Assembly: GCA_033722575.1 (NCBI GenBank)
Contig: JAWVYU010000001.1
Span: 1 to 59,722, forward strand
DNA length: 59,722 nt
Source: Ketobacteraceae bacterium
GTDB lineage: Bacteria; Pseudomonadota; Gammaproteobacteria; Pseudomonadales; Ketobacteraceae
Direction: 5' to 3'
Positions 19,508 to 29,707 of the stretch are shown piece after piece; position 1 is the stretch's first letter; every line of letters begins with the position of its first letter. A model generated the notes under the pieces. It searched no databases. It had not been told where the DNA came from and worked only from the letters and a program-made list of their open reading frames with translations. The position numbers were made by a program, and so were the translations under genes.

Positions 19508-20983
19508 ATGAGTGAAGAGATTCTGATTAATGTAACCCCCATGGAAACCCGGGTGGCGGTGATCGAAAACGGTGTGGTTCAGGAAATTATTATTGAGCGC
19601 ACTGCCAAACGGGGCCTGGTGGGTGGCATCTTCAAGGGCAAGGTGGTGCGGGTGCTGCCCGGCATGCAGGCCGCGTTTGTGGATATCGGACTGGAGCGGG
19701 CTGCGTTTCTTCATGCCAAGGACATCTGGGTGCCCAGCAACAGTGACGGTGGCAGCAATGAAGAAGTAGCCAACATCAACGAGCTGGTGAAAGAAGGCGA
19801 TGCCATTCTGGTGCAGGTCACCAAGGATATGATCGGTACCAAGGGTGCGCGCCTCACCAGTCACATATCCATTCCGTCCCGCTACCTGGTGTACATGCCC
19901 TACAGTGATCATATCGGTGTTTCCCAGAAAATAGAGGACGAAAACGAACGGGAAAGGCTGCGCTCCATTGTGGAAAATATTGTGGCGGAGCGCGAGGATA
20001 TTGAGCGCAAGGGCTTTATTCTGCGCACCGTTGCCGAAGGCTGTGATGAAGAATCCCTGCGCAGTGACGTGGATTTTCTGTGGCGTTTGTGGCGGTCTGT
20101 ACAAAGCAAGTCCGCCAATGCCCGCATGGCCAGCAATATTCATCAGGATCTGCCCCTTTACATGCGTACCCTGCGGGATGAAGTGCGGGACTCCGTGGAA
20201 AAGATTCGTATTGATTCCCGGGAAACCCACGGCAAGGTAATGGAGTTTGTCCGGGAGTTTATTCCCGATCTGGAAAAATACATTGAGCATTATCCCGGTG
20301 AGCGCCCCATTTTTGATCTTTATGGTGTTGAGCAGGAAATCCAGAAAGCGCTGGGCCGCGAAGTGCAGCTGAAGTCCGGTGGTCATATTGTGATTGATCA
20401 GACGGAAGCCATGACCACCATCGATGTGAACACCGGCGCCTTTGTGGGGCATCGCAATCTTGAGGAAACCATCTTCAAAACCAACCTTGAGGCGGCCCAG
20501 ACCATTGCTCGCCAGTTACGGTTGCGCAACCTGGGCGGGATTATCATTATTGACTTCATCGATATGGAAGATGAAGAGCATCGCCGCCAGGTGCTGCGCA
20601 TATTCGAAAAAGCACTGGAAAAAGACCGGGTGAAAACCAAAATCACCCAGGTGTCGGAGCTGGGGCTGGTGGAAATGACCCGCAAGCGCACCCGGGAAAG
20701 CCTGGAGCGGGTGCTTTGTGAAACCTGCCCGGCCTGTGAGGGGCGGGGTGTGGTAAAAACATCGGAATCCGTATGCTATGAGATCTTCCGGGAAATCCTG
20801 CGCCAGCGGCGGGCTTACGAAATGGAATCCTTTCTGGTGATCGCCTCCCAGAGTGTGGTTGACCGGTTGCTGGATGAGGAATCCGCCAATGTGGCAGATC
20901 TGGAAGATTTTGTGGGCAAAACCATTCGTTTCCAGGTGGAAGCACTTTACAGCCAGGAACAGTTTGACGTCGTATTAATGTGA
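19508..20983 (+). CDS. rng: ribonuclease G
   Basis: MSEEILINVTPMETRVAVIENG (S1 domain) resembles the E. coli Rng N-terminus. The ATG at 19508 is preferred over the GTG at 19496. Confidence 0.92.
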   Translation: MSEEILINVTPMETRVAVIENGVVQEIIIERTAKRGLVGGIFKGKVVRVLPGMQAAFVDIGLERAAFLHAKDIWVPSNSDGGSNEEVANINELVKEGDAILVQVTKDMIGTKGARLTSHISIPSRYLVYMPYSDHIGVSQKIEDENERERLRSIVENIVAEREDIERKGFILRTVAEGCDEESLRSDVDFLWRLWRSVQSKSANARMASNIHQDLPLYMRTLRDEVRDSVEKIRIDSRETHGKVMEFVREFIPDLEKYIEHYPGERPIFDLYGVEQEIQKALGREVQLKSGGHIVIDQTEAMTTIDVNTGAFVGHRNLEETIFKTNLEAAQTIARQLRLRNLGGIIIIDFIDMEDEEHRRQVLRIFEKALEKDRVKTKITQVSELGLVEMTRKRTRESLERVLCETCPACEGRGVVKTSESVCYEIFREILRQRRAYEMESFLVIASQSVVDRLLDEESANVADLEDFVGKTIRFQVEALYSQEQFDVVLM

Positions 20984-23900
20984 ATCGATTGGTCCTTCTA
21001 CTCTCGCGCCTGTTTCTTGTCGGGCTTATTGCGCTGGTGGTTCTGGCGGCAGTGGTTGTGGGTGTGGGGCGCCAGCTGGTCAGTCATATCGAGGAGTTTC
21101 AGCCGGAAATTCGCAATTACCTGTCCGATGCCACCGGGCTGACCATTCGGTTTGACTCCATTTCCGGCGACTGGCAGGCCCTGTCTCCCCAAATAACCCT
21201 TGAGTCAGTCAGTGTTCAGGCCCCTGCCAAGCCGGCGGAATTTCTGGCCATGAAACAGCTGACGCTGGAAGTGGATCTGGGAAATTCATTACTCAAGCTC
21301 CGCCCCGTGATCAAGGTCTGGCTGGATGGCGCCGCCTTTGAAATCCAGTATCAGGATAAACGGTTTTCCCTGAAAAACGGCCCGGATCCAGATTCCGGGA
21401 GCGATGAGCAGGCGGCACAGAAATCAGACAGGCCTTCCCTGTGGGATCGGTTGGATCTGGTGCTGAGACAACCCTACATCGAAATCAGCAACAGCCGCAT
21501 TGCCGTGAAAGGTTTCTGGAAACAGGATGCCATCGTATCGGACATCAATCTTGGTGTGATCAGGAAAGAACAGCGCAAGCATTTTCGGGCTGATCTGACG
21601 CTGGAGAGTGAATCCCGGATTACCGCCTCGGTGTATGGCGATATCAGCGGGCGCCTGTCGGAACTGGAGACAGTGAACGGCCACCTTTACAGCCGTGTAT
21701 CAGCACCGCAGCTTGCCCCCTGGATGCCGTTACCTGTAAGTGAGCTGAGTGGCCTGGAAATCAGTGAGGCCAGCGGTGATGTGGAGCTTTGGGGCAAGAT
21801 CCATCAGGGGACGCTGGAACGGGTGACCGCCCGCCTCAGGGTGGAAGACGTCAGTATTGTTCACGAGGATCGTGCCGTGCAGCCGCCTCTGTTACAGGCA
21901 GTCAACGGCGTGGCAAAGTGGGAAGGCAACTGGCAGGGGGACTGGGTTGTAGGGTTCGAGTCCTTGGAGGTCAGTGGCGAGGACTTTACCTGGCATCCGG
22001 AGCAGCTGGTATTGCACAGTAGCCGGACAGAAGAAGATAAACGGCATTATATCGGCAGGCTGGACCAGGCCACACTGTCTCCCTGGGTACGCTATTATCT
22101 CGCGTTCCTGGATGGCGAAAGCAGTACCTACCGTACCCTCAGCGCGCTGCAACCGGACGCGGTTCTGTCCGACCTGGTGTTTGAAATGAATATGTCCAGG
22201 GAAGCGGTGAGTGATTTCCGCATGTCGGCCCGTTTGTCCGATATCAGCCTGCGGCCAAAGCGCTGGATACCGGGAGTCAATAACGTCACTGCGAATCTGC
22301 TGATAGGCAAGTCACTTTCAGTGATCGAGCTGCGGGGTGAGAATGTCGACCTTGATTATCCTCGCCTGTTCAGGGCGCCATTGCAGGTGGACGAGGTCAA
22401 AGGCGCGCTGGTTATCCATAACAGTGCCGATGAGCTGCGTATTGAAAGCGGTTTGCTGGAGGTGAACGACCGGCAGCTGAATGCAGCAACCCAGTTGGCG
22501 GTGATCAAGGACAAGGCAAGAGATGCCGATCCCTACCTGCGCTTACAGGCGACCCTGGATCAGTTTGATGCAGCCAATGTGTATGATCATCTGCCGGTGG
22601 GAGTGATCCCTGACGGCGTGGCAAACTGGCTGGACACTGCCATCAAAAGTGGCACGCTGTTGCGCAGTGATCTGTTATTCCATGGGCCGGTCAATCTGGA
22701 AGCTCTTGAACCTTTTCAGTTCGTGCTTGGTTTCACTGTGGATAATACCCGGCTGTCCTTTCAGGAAGCCTGGCGCCCCATCGATGACCTGTCCGGTGAT
22801 GTCCGGATCTATAACGGGGTAGTGGACGCCTGGGCGTTCAGTGGCAGTTATTACGATGCTGACCTCGATCAGGCCTGGGTGGGTACCCGCCGGATCGCTC
22901 CCGGGGAAGTGGATTTGATTGTAGACGCCGGACTGACCGGCCCTCTGGAAAAAACCAGCCGGATACTGGTTGATTCTCCCATCAGTGAAGTCACTGCTCC
23001 CGTAATGGAAACCATGAGTGTATCCGGAACCGGGAATATTAAGGTTCGTGTGGAGGTGCCGTTCCGACAGGGGCAAGAGCCGGATGTGGAAGTGCAGGTG
23101 GGTGTGACGATCGAAGATGGCATCTATCGTCTTAAAGAGCCGCAGCTGACTATTGAAGACGTTGCCGGTGAGGTGAAATTCAGCATGTCCCGGGGCCTGT
23201 CCGCCAGCGGGCTCACCGGCAAACTCTTCGGTGGCGATATCCGTGCTGACATCACAACAGAAGCAGAAGGCGACACAAAGCAGACAAGGGTGCTGGTGAA
23301 CGGGAATACCGATTTTGCGGCGATCAAACCCTGGCTGAAACTGGATTTGCTGGCGCCGATCAGTGGCCCTTTTGGGTACCAGGCCGACATTGTTATTCAT
23401 CAGCGTGAAGCAGGCGCTTCTGAAACGCAGAACACCCTGAAGATTACCTCTGACCTGACGGATGTCACCATCGCCTATCCGTACCCGTTGAATAAACCGG
23501 CGGGAAACCCCGTGGCCTTCCGCTACCAGACCACGCTTGGCGCTGGGGAACGGTTGCAAACTCTGCGTTTTGACCACCTGTTTGAGCTGCGGATGGTGAC
23601 GGAAAATGACGAAATGGAGCGCGGGGCTATCATGTTCGGTGGCGACGCAGTTTTGCCGGATTCCCCTTATTTTGCCATTGGCGGTACCATTGACCATATC
23701 GATGCAGATGCCTGGCTGAATGCCTGGAAACCGGTACAAAGTGCGCGACAAAGCTCGCAGCAGGGTAAGCGTTCTGCGGGTTTGGTGGCAATGGTGGATC
23801 ACAGCACGCTGAAGATCGGGTCGCTTGCGCTGAGAGACTTGAGGTTCCGGTCTCTGGAGCTGGCGTGGCTCCGTCAGGATGGCGCGGTCAGTTTTCAGGT

Positions 23901-25026
23901 GGATTCGCCGGATATCAGGGGTGATGCCACCATCCCCCATGGTTATCTTGGCAACCGGAATTATCGTGAACTGGACACGCCCCTGAAGATCAGCATCAGT
24001 CAACTCAGGCTGCCAAAAAAAACCGCCTCCGAGGAAGCTGAGCAGTCAGAAACACCACTGGATCTGATCGACAGCTCCGTAGATCCGAGAGTATTGCCGG
24101 CGCTGGATCTGGAAATCGCGAGTCTGCAATTCGGCGATGATGATTTCGGTCGCTGGCGTCTGAACTGGTCCCCTGTAAGCGACGGGGTGCATTTTGATTC
24201 GCTGGCTTTTGAGCTGAAAGCTTTAACCTTTGCGGGCACCGGTGACTGGCTGTGGAAAAATGAACGTCCGGAAACCCGTATCGCCGGCGAGGCCAGCGCC
24301 AGTAACGTGGCAGATATTCTGACAGCCTGGGGTTATGCTCCCAGCCTGACCAGCGAAACGGCGCGCATGAAATTGTCGGCTCAGTGGCGAAATGCGCCTT
24401 ACGACTTCGATCTTTTAACCGCCGAAGCCAGGCTTGATCTGATTATCAAGGAAGGGCGCTTTCTGAATGTCAGTTCCGGCGCGGCCGACAAGGTGCTGGG
24501 CGTGCTGAATTTTGATGATTGGCTGTCGCGGTTGCGCCTGAAGATCAAGGATCTGGAAAGTAATGAAATGCCCTACAGTGAGATTCGCGGTGACTTTCTG
24601 CTGAAAGAGGAAATACTCAATACCAAACAGTTAAAGCTGGATGGCGCCGCAATGAAGATGACCATGGATGGCGATCTGAACCTTGAGAGTAAAACCATTG
24701 ACGCCAACCTGAGCGTTGTTATACCGGTAACCAGAAACCTGGTGATACCCGCTGCCGCAATGGGCGGCCTGCCGGCGGCGGCTACGGTATACGTGATAGA
24801 AAAAGTGCTGGGCTCTCAGCTGGACAAGCTGACCACCATGAAATACAAAGTGGACGGCCCGCTGAATGATCCCTCGGTAACCCTGCAGGAATCCTTCAAT
24901 ATTATTCCGAAGCAGATTCAGGAGTCCATCGTGAAGGAAGGTGGCGCCTCTCCGGAGGCGGCTCCGTCCACGCAGGAATCTGAGACACCTGAAGATTCAA
25001 CGATGACGCACAATCCAAAGCTTTGA
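20980..25026 (+). CDS. yhdP: YhdP/AsmA2-family large envelope-spanning protein (TIGR02099-like)
   Basis: 1348-aa ORF with an N-terminal membrane anchor (LLLSRLFLVGLIALVVLAAVVVGV). The GTG start overlaps the rng stop. The position after rng is conserved in E. coli and Pseudomonas. Confidence 0.8.
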   Translation: MNRLVLLLSRLFLVGLIALVVLAAVVVGVGRQLVSHIEEFQPEIRNYLSDATGLTIRFDSISGDWQALSPQITLESVSVQAPAKPAEFLAMKQLTLEVDLGNSLLKLRPVIKVWLDGAAFEIQYQDKRFSLKNGPDPDSGSDEQAAQKSDRPSLWDRLDLVLRQPYIEISNSRIAVKGFWKQDAIVSDINLGVIRKEQRKHFRADLTLESESRITASVYGDISGRLSELETVNGHLYSRVSAPQLAPWMPLPVSELSGLEISEASGDVELWGKIHQGTLERVTARLRVEDVSIVHEDRAVQPPLLQAVNGVAKWEGNWQGDWVVGFESLEVSGEDFTWHPEQLVLHSSRTEEDKRHYIGRLDQATLSPWVRYYLAFLDGESSTYRTLSALQPDAVLSDLVFEMNMSREAVSDFRMSARLSDISLRPKRWIPGVNNVTANLLIGKSLSVIELRGENVDLDYPRLFRAPLQVDEVKGALVIHNSADELRIESGLLEVNDRQLNAATQLAVIKDKARDADPYLRLQATLDQFDAANVYDHLPVGVIPDGVANWLDTAIKSGTLLRSDLLFHGPVNLEALEPFQFVLGFTVDNTRLSFQEAWRPIDDLSGDVRIYNGVVDAWAFSGSYYDADLDQAWVGTRRIAPGEVDLIVDAGLTGPLEKTSRILVDSPISEVTAPVMETMSVSGTGNIKVRVEVPFRQGQEPDVEVQVGVTIEDGIYRLKEPQLTIEDVAGEVKFSMSRGLSASGLTGKLFGGDIRADITTEAEGDTKQTRVLVNGNTDFAAIKPWLKLDLLAPISGPFGYQADIVIHQREAGASETQNTLKITSDLTDVTIAYPYPLNKPAGNPVAFRYQTTLGAGERLQTLRFDHLFELRMVTENDEMERGAIMFGGDAVLPDSPYFAIGGTIDHIDADAWLNAWKPVQSARQSSQQGKRSAGLVAMVDHSTLKIGSLALRDLRFRSLELAWLRQDGAVSFQVDSPDIRGDATIPHGYLGNRNYRELDTPLKISISQLRLPKKTASEEAEQSETPLDLIDSSVDPRVLPALDLEIASLQFGDDDFGRWRLNWSPVSDGVHFDSLAFELKALTFAGTGDWLWKNERPETRIAGEASASNVADILTAWGYAPSLTSETARMKLSAQWRNAPYDFDLLTAEARLDLIIKEGRFLNVSSGAADKVLGVLNFDDWLSRLRLKIKDLESNEMPYSEIRGDFLLKEEILNTKQLKLDGAAMKMTMDGDLNLESKTIDANLSVVIPVTRNLVIPAAAMGGLPAAATVYVIEKVLGSQLDKLTTMKYKVDGPLNDPSVTLQESFNIIPKQIQESIVKEGGASPEAAPSTQESETPEDSTMTHNPKL

Positions 25027-25059
25027 CAGGGCAGGAAGCAGTACACTGGAGTAAACACA

Positions 25060-25950
25060 ATGAGCGAGTCCAACCAACCTAACCAATCCAACGACAGCTG
25101 CATGGAAAAGCTGGTGACAGCAGCGGTACAGATGGTGAGCAAGGCCGATGTGAGTGAGAATATGAAAGCGGCCGGCCGCCTGGTGGGGCAGGCTGCCAGT
25201 GAAGGCGCCCAGCTGGTTTTATTGCCGGAAAATTTCGCCGTATTTAATGCCAGCGCCCTTTATGAGTGGGGTGAAAAAGAACGGGAAGGTTTTCTGTCCG
25301 AACAGGTGGCGTCCTGGGCGCGGGAGTATCAGGTCTGGATAGTGGCAGGAACCCTGCCGGAGCGAACCCGCTTTCCGGAATCCGGTGATGTCAGCCCCGG
25401 CCGGGTGCGTACCAGCTCGCTGGTGTTTAACCCCCGGGGAGAACGGCAGGCCCGCTATGACAAAATCCACCTGTTTGACGTGGATGTGGCGGATGCCCAC
25501 GGGGCCTACCGGGAATCTGAAACCATTGAGCCCGGCAGCGAAGGGGTGTTGCTGAAGGTACCCCTGAACGATGGCCAGCAGATCGGAATCGGGCTGACGG
25601 TATGCTATGACCTGAGGTTCCCGGAACTCTACCGCATGCTGGCAGCTCAGGGGGCAGATATTTTCACAGTGCCGGCAGCCTTTACCTGGGAAACCGGCCG
25701 GGCACACTGGGAGTCTCTGTTACGGGCCCGTGCCATTGAGAACCAGTGTTATGTCATAGCGGCCAACCAGGGCGGCGACCACAGCAGTACCCGCAAAACC
25801 TGGGGTCACAGCATGATCATTGATCCCTGGGGGCGTGTTGTTGCCAGTCTTGAAGAGGGTGAAGGCGTGGTAACGGCAACGCTGGATTTCAGTGCCCAGG
25901 CGTCTCTCAGGAAGCAAATGCCCGTGCAGCAGCACAGGGTTATTCTGTAG
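25060..25950 (+). CDS. carbon-nitrogen hydrolase (nitrilase superfamily)
   Basis: 296-aa ORF with the Glu-Lys-Cys triad contexts [15 protein letters not shown] and [10 protein letters not shown]. Confidence 0.85.
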   Translation: MSESNQPNQSNDSCMEKLVTAAVQMVSKADVSENMKAAGRLVGQAASEGAQLVLLPENFAVFNASALYEWGEKEREGFLSEQVASWAREYQVWIVAGTLPERTRFPESGDVSPGRVRTSSLVFNPRGERQARYDKIHLFDVDVADAHGAYRESETIEPGSEGVLLKVPLNDGQQIGIGLTVCYDLRFPELYRMLAAQGADIFTVPAAFTWETGRAHWESLLRARAIENQCYVIAANQGGDHSSTRKTWGHSMIIDPWGRVVASLEEGEGVVTATLDFSAQASLRKQMPVQQHRVIL

Positions 25951-26014
25951 TGGCAGCGGGTGCCCGCAGGCACACTGCTATACTGTGTTGTATCAGTCCC
26001 ATCATGAGGTAGGC

Positions 26015-27460
26015 ATGTCGTCAGCAGAGCATTTTTCGCAAGCCAAACAACTCCTGTGGACACCCTACGGTGTCGATGAAACCCAAATCCGGCGGTTGCT
26101 TGAGTCAATGCACACCAGCCATCTCAACTACGGGGATCTCTATTTTCAGCGCATTCAGAGCGAATCCTGGGTGCTGGAGGATGGTATCGTAAAAAACGGT
26201 TCCCACCAGATTGGTGGTGGTGTGGGCGTGCGGGCCGTCAGCGGGGAGAAAACCGGCTTTTCCTATTCTGATGACCTGCAGTTTGCGGCCATAGAGAAAG
26301 CTGCTGCTGCCGCAAAAACCATTGTCCGGCAGGGCCAGAGCCTGACAGTACCGGTGTTAAAGCAGGTAGAGTATGAAGCGTTGTATGGCCCACTGAATCC
26401 ACTGGATACCCTGACGGCGGATCAGAAGGTGGCAATGCTGAAGCTGGTGGATCAGCAGGCACGTGCGCTGGATCCCCATGTGGCGGAGGTATCCGTCAGT
26501 CTGGCCGGCAACTGGTCAGGGGTGCTGGTGGCGAGCACGGATGGCCCCCTGGCGGCCGACGTGCGGCCACTGGTGAGATTCAATGTCTCGGTGATCATGG
26601 AAAAAAACGGCCGCCGCGAGCGGGGTGGTTGCGGCGGTGGGGGCCGCTGTGGCTATGACATGTTTGACGAAGCAACTCTCAATACCTATGCCCGTGAAGC
26701 GGTTCGCATGGCGCAGGTGAATATGGATTCGGTGGCGGCGCCGGCGGGCACCATGCCGGTTGTTCTGGGGCCCGGCTGGCCGGGGGTGTTGCTCCATGAA
26801 GCGGTGGGTCATGGCCTGGAAGGTGATTTCAACCGCAAGGGCAGCTCGGCGTTTTCCGGCAGAGTGGGGCACAAGGTGGCTTCGGACCTCTGTACGGTGG
26901 TGGATGATGGCACCCTGGCAGATCGCCGTGGTTCACTGTCTGTCGATGATGAGGGTGTGGCGAGTGAAAGCACCGTGCTGATCGAGAACGGTATCCTCAA
27001 GGGTTACATGCAGGACAAATTCAATGCCGGGCTGATGGGTGGAAAATCCACAGGCAATGGCCGCCGGGAATCCTATGCACATCTACCCATGCCACGCATG
27101 ACCAATACGTACATGTATCCGGGCCAGGATTATCCCGAAGATATTATTCGCTCGGTAAAAAAAGGTATTTATGCGGTGAATTTTGGTGGCGGTCAGGTGG
27201 ATATCACCTCCGGCAAATTTGTGTTCTCTGCCAACGAAGCCTATCTGATTGAGGATGGAAAGGTCACCCGCCCGGTAAAAGGCGCCACACTCATTGGCAA
27301 TGGGCCAGAGGCCATGACCCGGGTATCCATGGTGGGGAATGATCTGTCCCTGGACCGGGGCGTAGGTGTGTGCGGTAAGGAAGGGCAGTCGGTGCCGGTG
27401 GGTGTGGGACAACCCACACTGAAAATCGACGAGCTGACGGTGGGAGGCACCGCCAGCTAG
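26015..27460 (+). CDS. tldD: metalloprotease TldD
   Basis: The ATG at 26015 ([12 protein letters not shown]) is preferred, because the tracked ORF start at 25892 overlaps the preceding gene. HEAVGHGLE metal motif and a TldD-like C-terminus. Confidence 0.92.
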   Translation: MSSAEHFSQAKQLLWTPYGVDETQIRRLLESMHTSHLNYGDLYFQRIQSESWVLEDGIVKNGSHQIGGGVGVRAVSGEKTGFSYSDDLQFAAIEKAAAAAKTIVRQGQSLTVPVLKQVEYEALYGPLNPLDTLTADQKVAMLKLVDQQARALDPHVAEVSVSLAGNWSGVLVASTDGPLAADVRPLVRFNVSVIMEKNGRRERGGCGGGGRCGYDMFDEATLNTYAREAVRMAQVNMDSVAAPAGTMPVVLGPGWPGVLLHEAVGHGLEGDFNRKGSSAFSGRVGHKVASDLCTVVDDGTLADRRGSLSVDDEGVASESTVLIENGILKGYMQDKFNAGLMGGKSTGNGRRESYAHLPMPRMTNTYMYPGQDYPEDIIRSVKKGIYAVNFGGGQVDITSGKFVFSANEAYLIEDGKVTRPVKGATLIGNGPEAMTRVSMVGNDLSLDRGVGVCGKEGQSVPVGVGQPTLKIDELTVGGTAS

Positions 27461-27485
27461 GAGCCGGGTAAACCAGCTTCGGGTG

Positions 27486-28019
27486 TCAGGCAGACTCCTC
27501 CTGCAACTGCCGAAGAAACCGGAACAGCGCGCGCCCTTGTTTGTTATCGGTGGTGCCCTGGCTTTCGTTTATCTGCTGTTCCTTTTTGGCGTTGCGCACC
27601 AGCTGCCGCAGCTTCTGCTTGTCCACCAGTGGAAACCGGGCGATCACATCCCCGATGTCGTTATTATCCCCCGCGATCAGTTTATCGCGCAGGTCCTCGA
27701 GCTCATGAAACGCCCGGGTATTGAGCTGGTGAGCGGAGTCCCGCTGCTCGAAATAGGTTTCAATGGGCTCCAGGTCGATATCGCGCATCAATTTGCCAAT
27801 GTACTGACGGTGGCGCCGCAGTGCCTCGTTTTTTTTCATGCGCGTGGCTTCTTCCAGCGCCACTTCCAGCTCCGCTGGCAGATTCAGCGTTGCCCGCTCT
27901 TCCGGTTTTAGCGTTATGAGCTTTTCGCCCAGCGCCTGACGATAGTGCATTTCTTTTTTGCGACGGGTTTTGCTCACCCACTCATCGTCGTCTTCTTGAT
28001 GGTCGTTGCTATTGTTCAT
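27486..28019 (-). CDS. yjgA: ribosome-associated protein YjgA (DUF615/DarP family)
   Basis: 177-aa highly charged ORF divergent from pmbA, the conserved yjgA-pmbA arrangement. Confidence 0.75.
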   Translation of the reverse strand: MNNSNDHQEDDDEWVSKTRRKKEMHYRQALGEKLITLKPEERATLNLPAELEVALEEATRMKKNEALRRHRQYIGKLMRDIDLEPIETYFEQRDSAHQLNTRAFHELEDLRDKLIAGDNNDIGDVIARFPLVDKQKLRQLVRNAKKEQQINESQGTTDNKQGRALFRFLRQLQEESA

Positions 28020-28193
28020 TTGATTAACAAATCCGGCGGTTGCTCGTCAGAATGCGCCAAATAACGCTATACTTAAAAGATTGTTCTGTAAAAAACCTAA
28101 CCTCCAAATTATAACAGTGAGGACAGTTCACCGACAGTAATACCCTTTGATGACGCCAGGGGAAATGAAACGCAATTCAATGAAGGTTGTTGA

Positions 28194-29525
28194 ATGGATA
28201 TAGCATCAGATAAAGCAAAACTGTACCAGTGTATCGAAACTGCCCTGTCCAGGGCGGCATCATTGGGAGCGACCCAGGCGGAGGTAGCCGCTTCATCTGA
28301 TGAGGGGCTGATTGCCACGGCAAGAAAAGGTGAAGCGGAAACCGTGGAATTCACCAAAAACCACGGGTTTGGCGTGACCCTTTACCGGGGCAAGGCCAAA
28401 GGCAGTTCTGCCACATCGGAATTAACCCCCGCAGCCGTGGAAACGGCGGTGGCGGCGGCCTGGGATATTGCCCAGCACACCTCGGAAGATCCCTGCGCCG
28501 GCCTGGCAGATGCTGAACTCATGGCCACCGAGTTTCCGGATCTGGATCTGGATCATCCCTGGGATATCGGCCCCGAGGAGGCGCTGGAAATGGCGCTTGC
28601 CTGCGAGGCCGAAGGCATCAGCAATCCCGGCATCACCAATTCCGAGGGGGCCACCGTGAGTACCGGCCGCAGCGTCAGGGTATATGGTAACAGTCACGGG
28701 TTTCGCTACGGCAGTCTGGGTACTCAGCACGGTATCAGTTGTGCGCTCATAGCCGGTGAAGGTGAGCGGATGCAACGGGATTTCTGGTCAACCCGGCACC
28801 GGGTGCCCTCCCGGCTCCAGGCTCCCGGGGAGGTGGGTGCAGAGGCTGCCAGGCGCGCACTGGCGCGGCTGGACCCCCGTCAGATACCCACGGGTACCTA
28901 TCCGGTATTATTCGCGGCACCAGTGGCGGGCGGCTTGATCGGACATCTGCTGTCGGCCATTGCTGGCGGCAGTCTGTACCGCAAATCCTCCTTTTTGCTG
29001 GACAAACTGAATCAGCCGGTGGCAGCGCCTCTGCTGTCGGTCTACGAGAAACCAAGGCTGGTGAGGGGAATCGCCAGTGCGGTCTGTGACGGCGATGGCC
29101 TGCCCACCTACGAAAAGCATTTTGTCAAAGATGGCATTCTCTGCAGCTACATGCTGGGCACCTATTCTGCCCGGCGCCTGGGGATGCAAAGCACCGCCAA
29201 CGTCGGTGGGGCCCGAAATATTCGGGTGGATGATACCGGGCAGGATTTCAGCGGCCTGGTGAAATCCATGGACAAGGGGTTGATTGTAACCGAGCTGATG
29301 GGGCAGGGGATTAACCTGGTAACCGGGGACTATTCCCGGGGTGCCAGCGGATTCTGGGTGGAAAGCGGGGAAATCCGGCACCCGGTTCAGGAGATCACGG
29401 TAGCCGGCAACCTGGCTGATATGTACCGCCATATTGTGGCTATCGGAACCGACAGGGATATCCGGGGTAATATCCAGAGTGGCTCAATCATGATCGATGC
29501 CATGACAGTGGCGGGGCGTAATTAG
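28194..29525 (+). CDS. pmbA: metalloprotease PmbA (TldE)
   Basis: 443-aa TldD/PmbA-family ORF lacking the HExxxH motif, as expected for PmbA. Conserved position. Confidence 0.88.
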   Translation: MDIASDKAKLYQCIETALSRAASLGATQAEVAASSDEGLIATARKGEAETVEFTKNHGFGVTLYRGKAKGSSATSELTPAAVETAVAAAWDIAQHTSEDPCAGLADAELMATEFPDLDLDHPWDIGPEEALEMALACEAEGISNPGITNSEGATVSTGRSVRVYGNSHGFRYGSLGTQHGISCALIAGEGERMQRDFWSTRHRVPSRLQAPGEVGAEAARRALARLDPRQIPTGTYPVLFAAPVAGGLIGHLLSAIAGGSLYRKSSFLLDKLNQPVAAPLLSVYEKPRLVRGIASAVCDGDGLPTYEKHFVKDGILCSYMLGTYSARRLGMQSTANVGGARNIRVDDTGQDFSGLVKSMDKGLIVTELMGQGINLVTGDYSRGASGFWVESGEIRHPVQEITVAGNLADMYRHIVAIGTDRDIRGNIQSGSIMIDAMTVAGRN

Positions 29526-29707
29526 GATCTAATACTGGTGGGAAGCATGGCGATTCGTTATTTGTCAGGCGTGATAAAACTTCGTTAGCCTATCAGTCAG
29601 GAGTGTGTGCGTTGCAATTTGCAGGGCCATTTTTGTTCAGGGAGATTCAGGGGGGCGGCGGTGTGCTGGGCGGACGGAAAACAGGGTTATCAGCGGAAGG
29701 AATTCAG

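Noticed and set aside
22675-24003. Long antisense ORFs in the track. Examples: 141-941(-), 1394-2203(-), 19487-20452(-), 22675-24003(-), 34010-34789(+), 39600-40202(+), 58412-59164(+).
   Set aside because: They lie fully inside, and opposite to, confidently identified genes (hemA, prfA, rng, yhdP, the CRTAC1-like gene, GH3, lptA). Their translations are low-complexity and Arg/Gly/His-rich, and they have no recognisable motifs. These are typical shadow ORFs of GC-rich coding DNA.
25892-26014. N-terminal extension of tldD (tracked from 25892).
   Set aside because: It overlaps the end of the nitrilase-family gene. The TldD-like sequence begins at MSSAEHF (ATG 26015).
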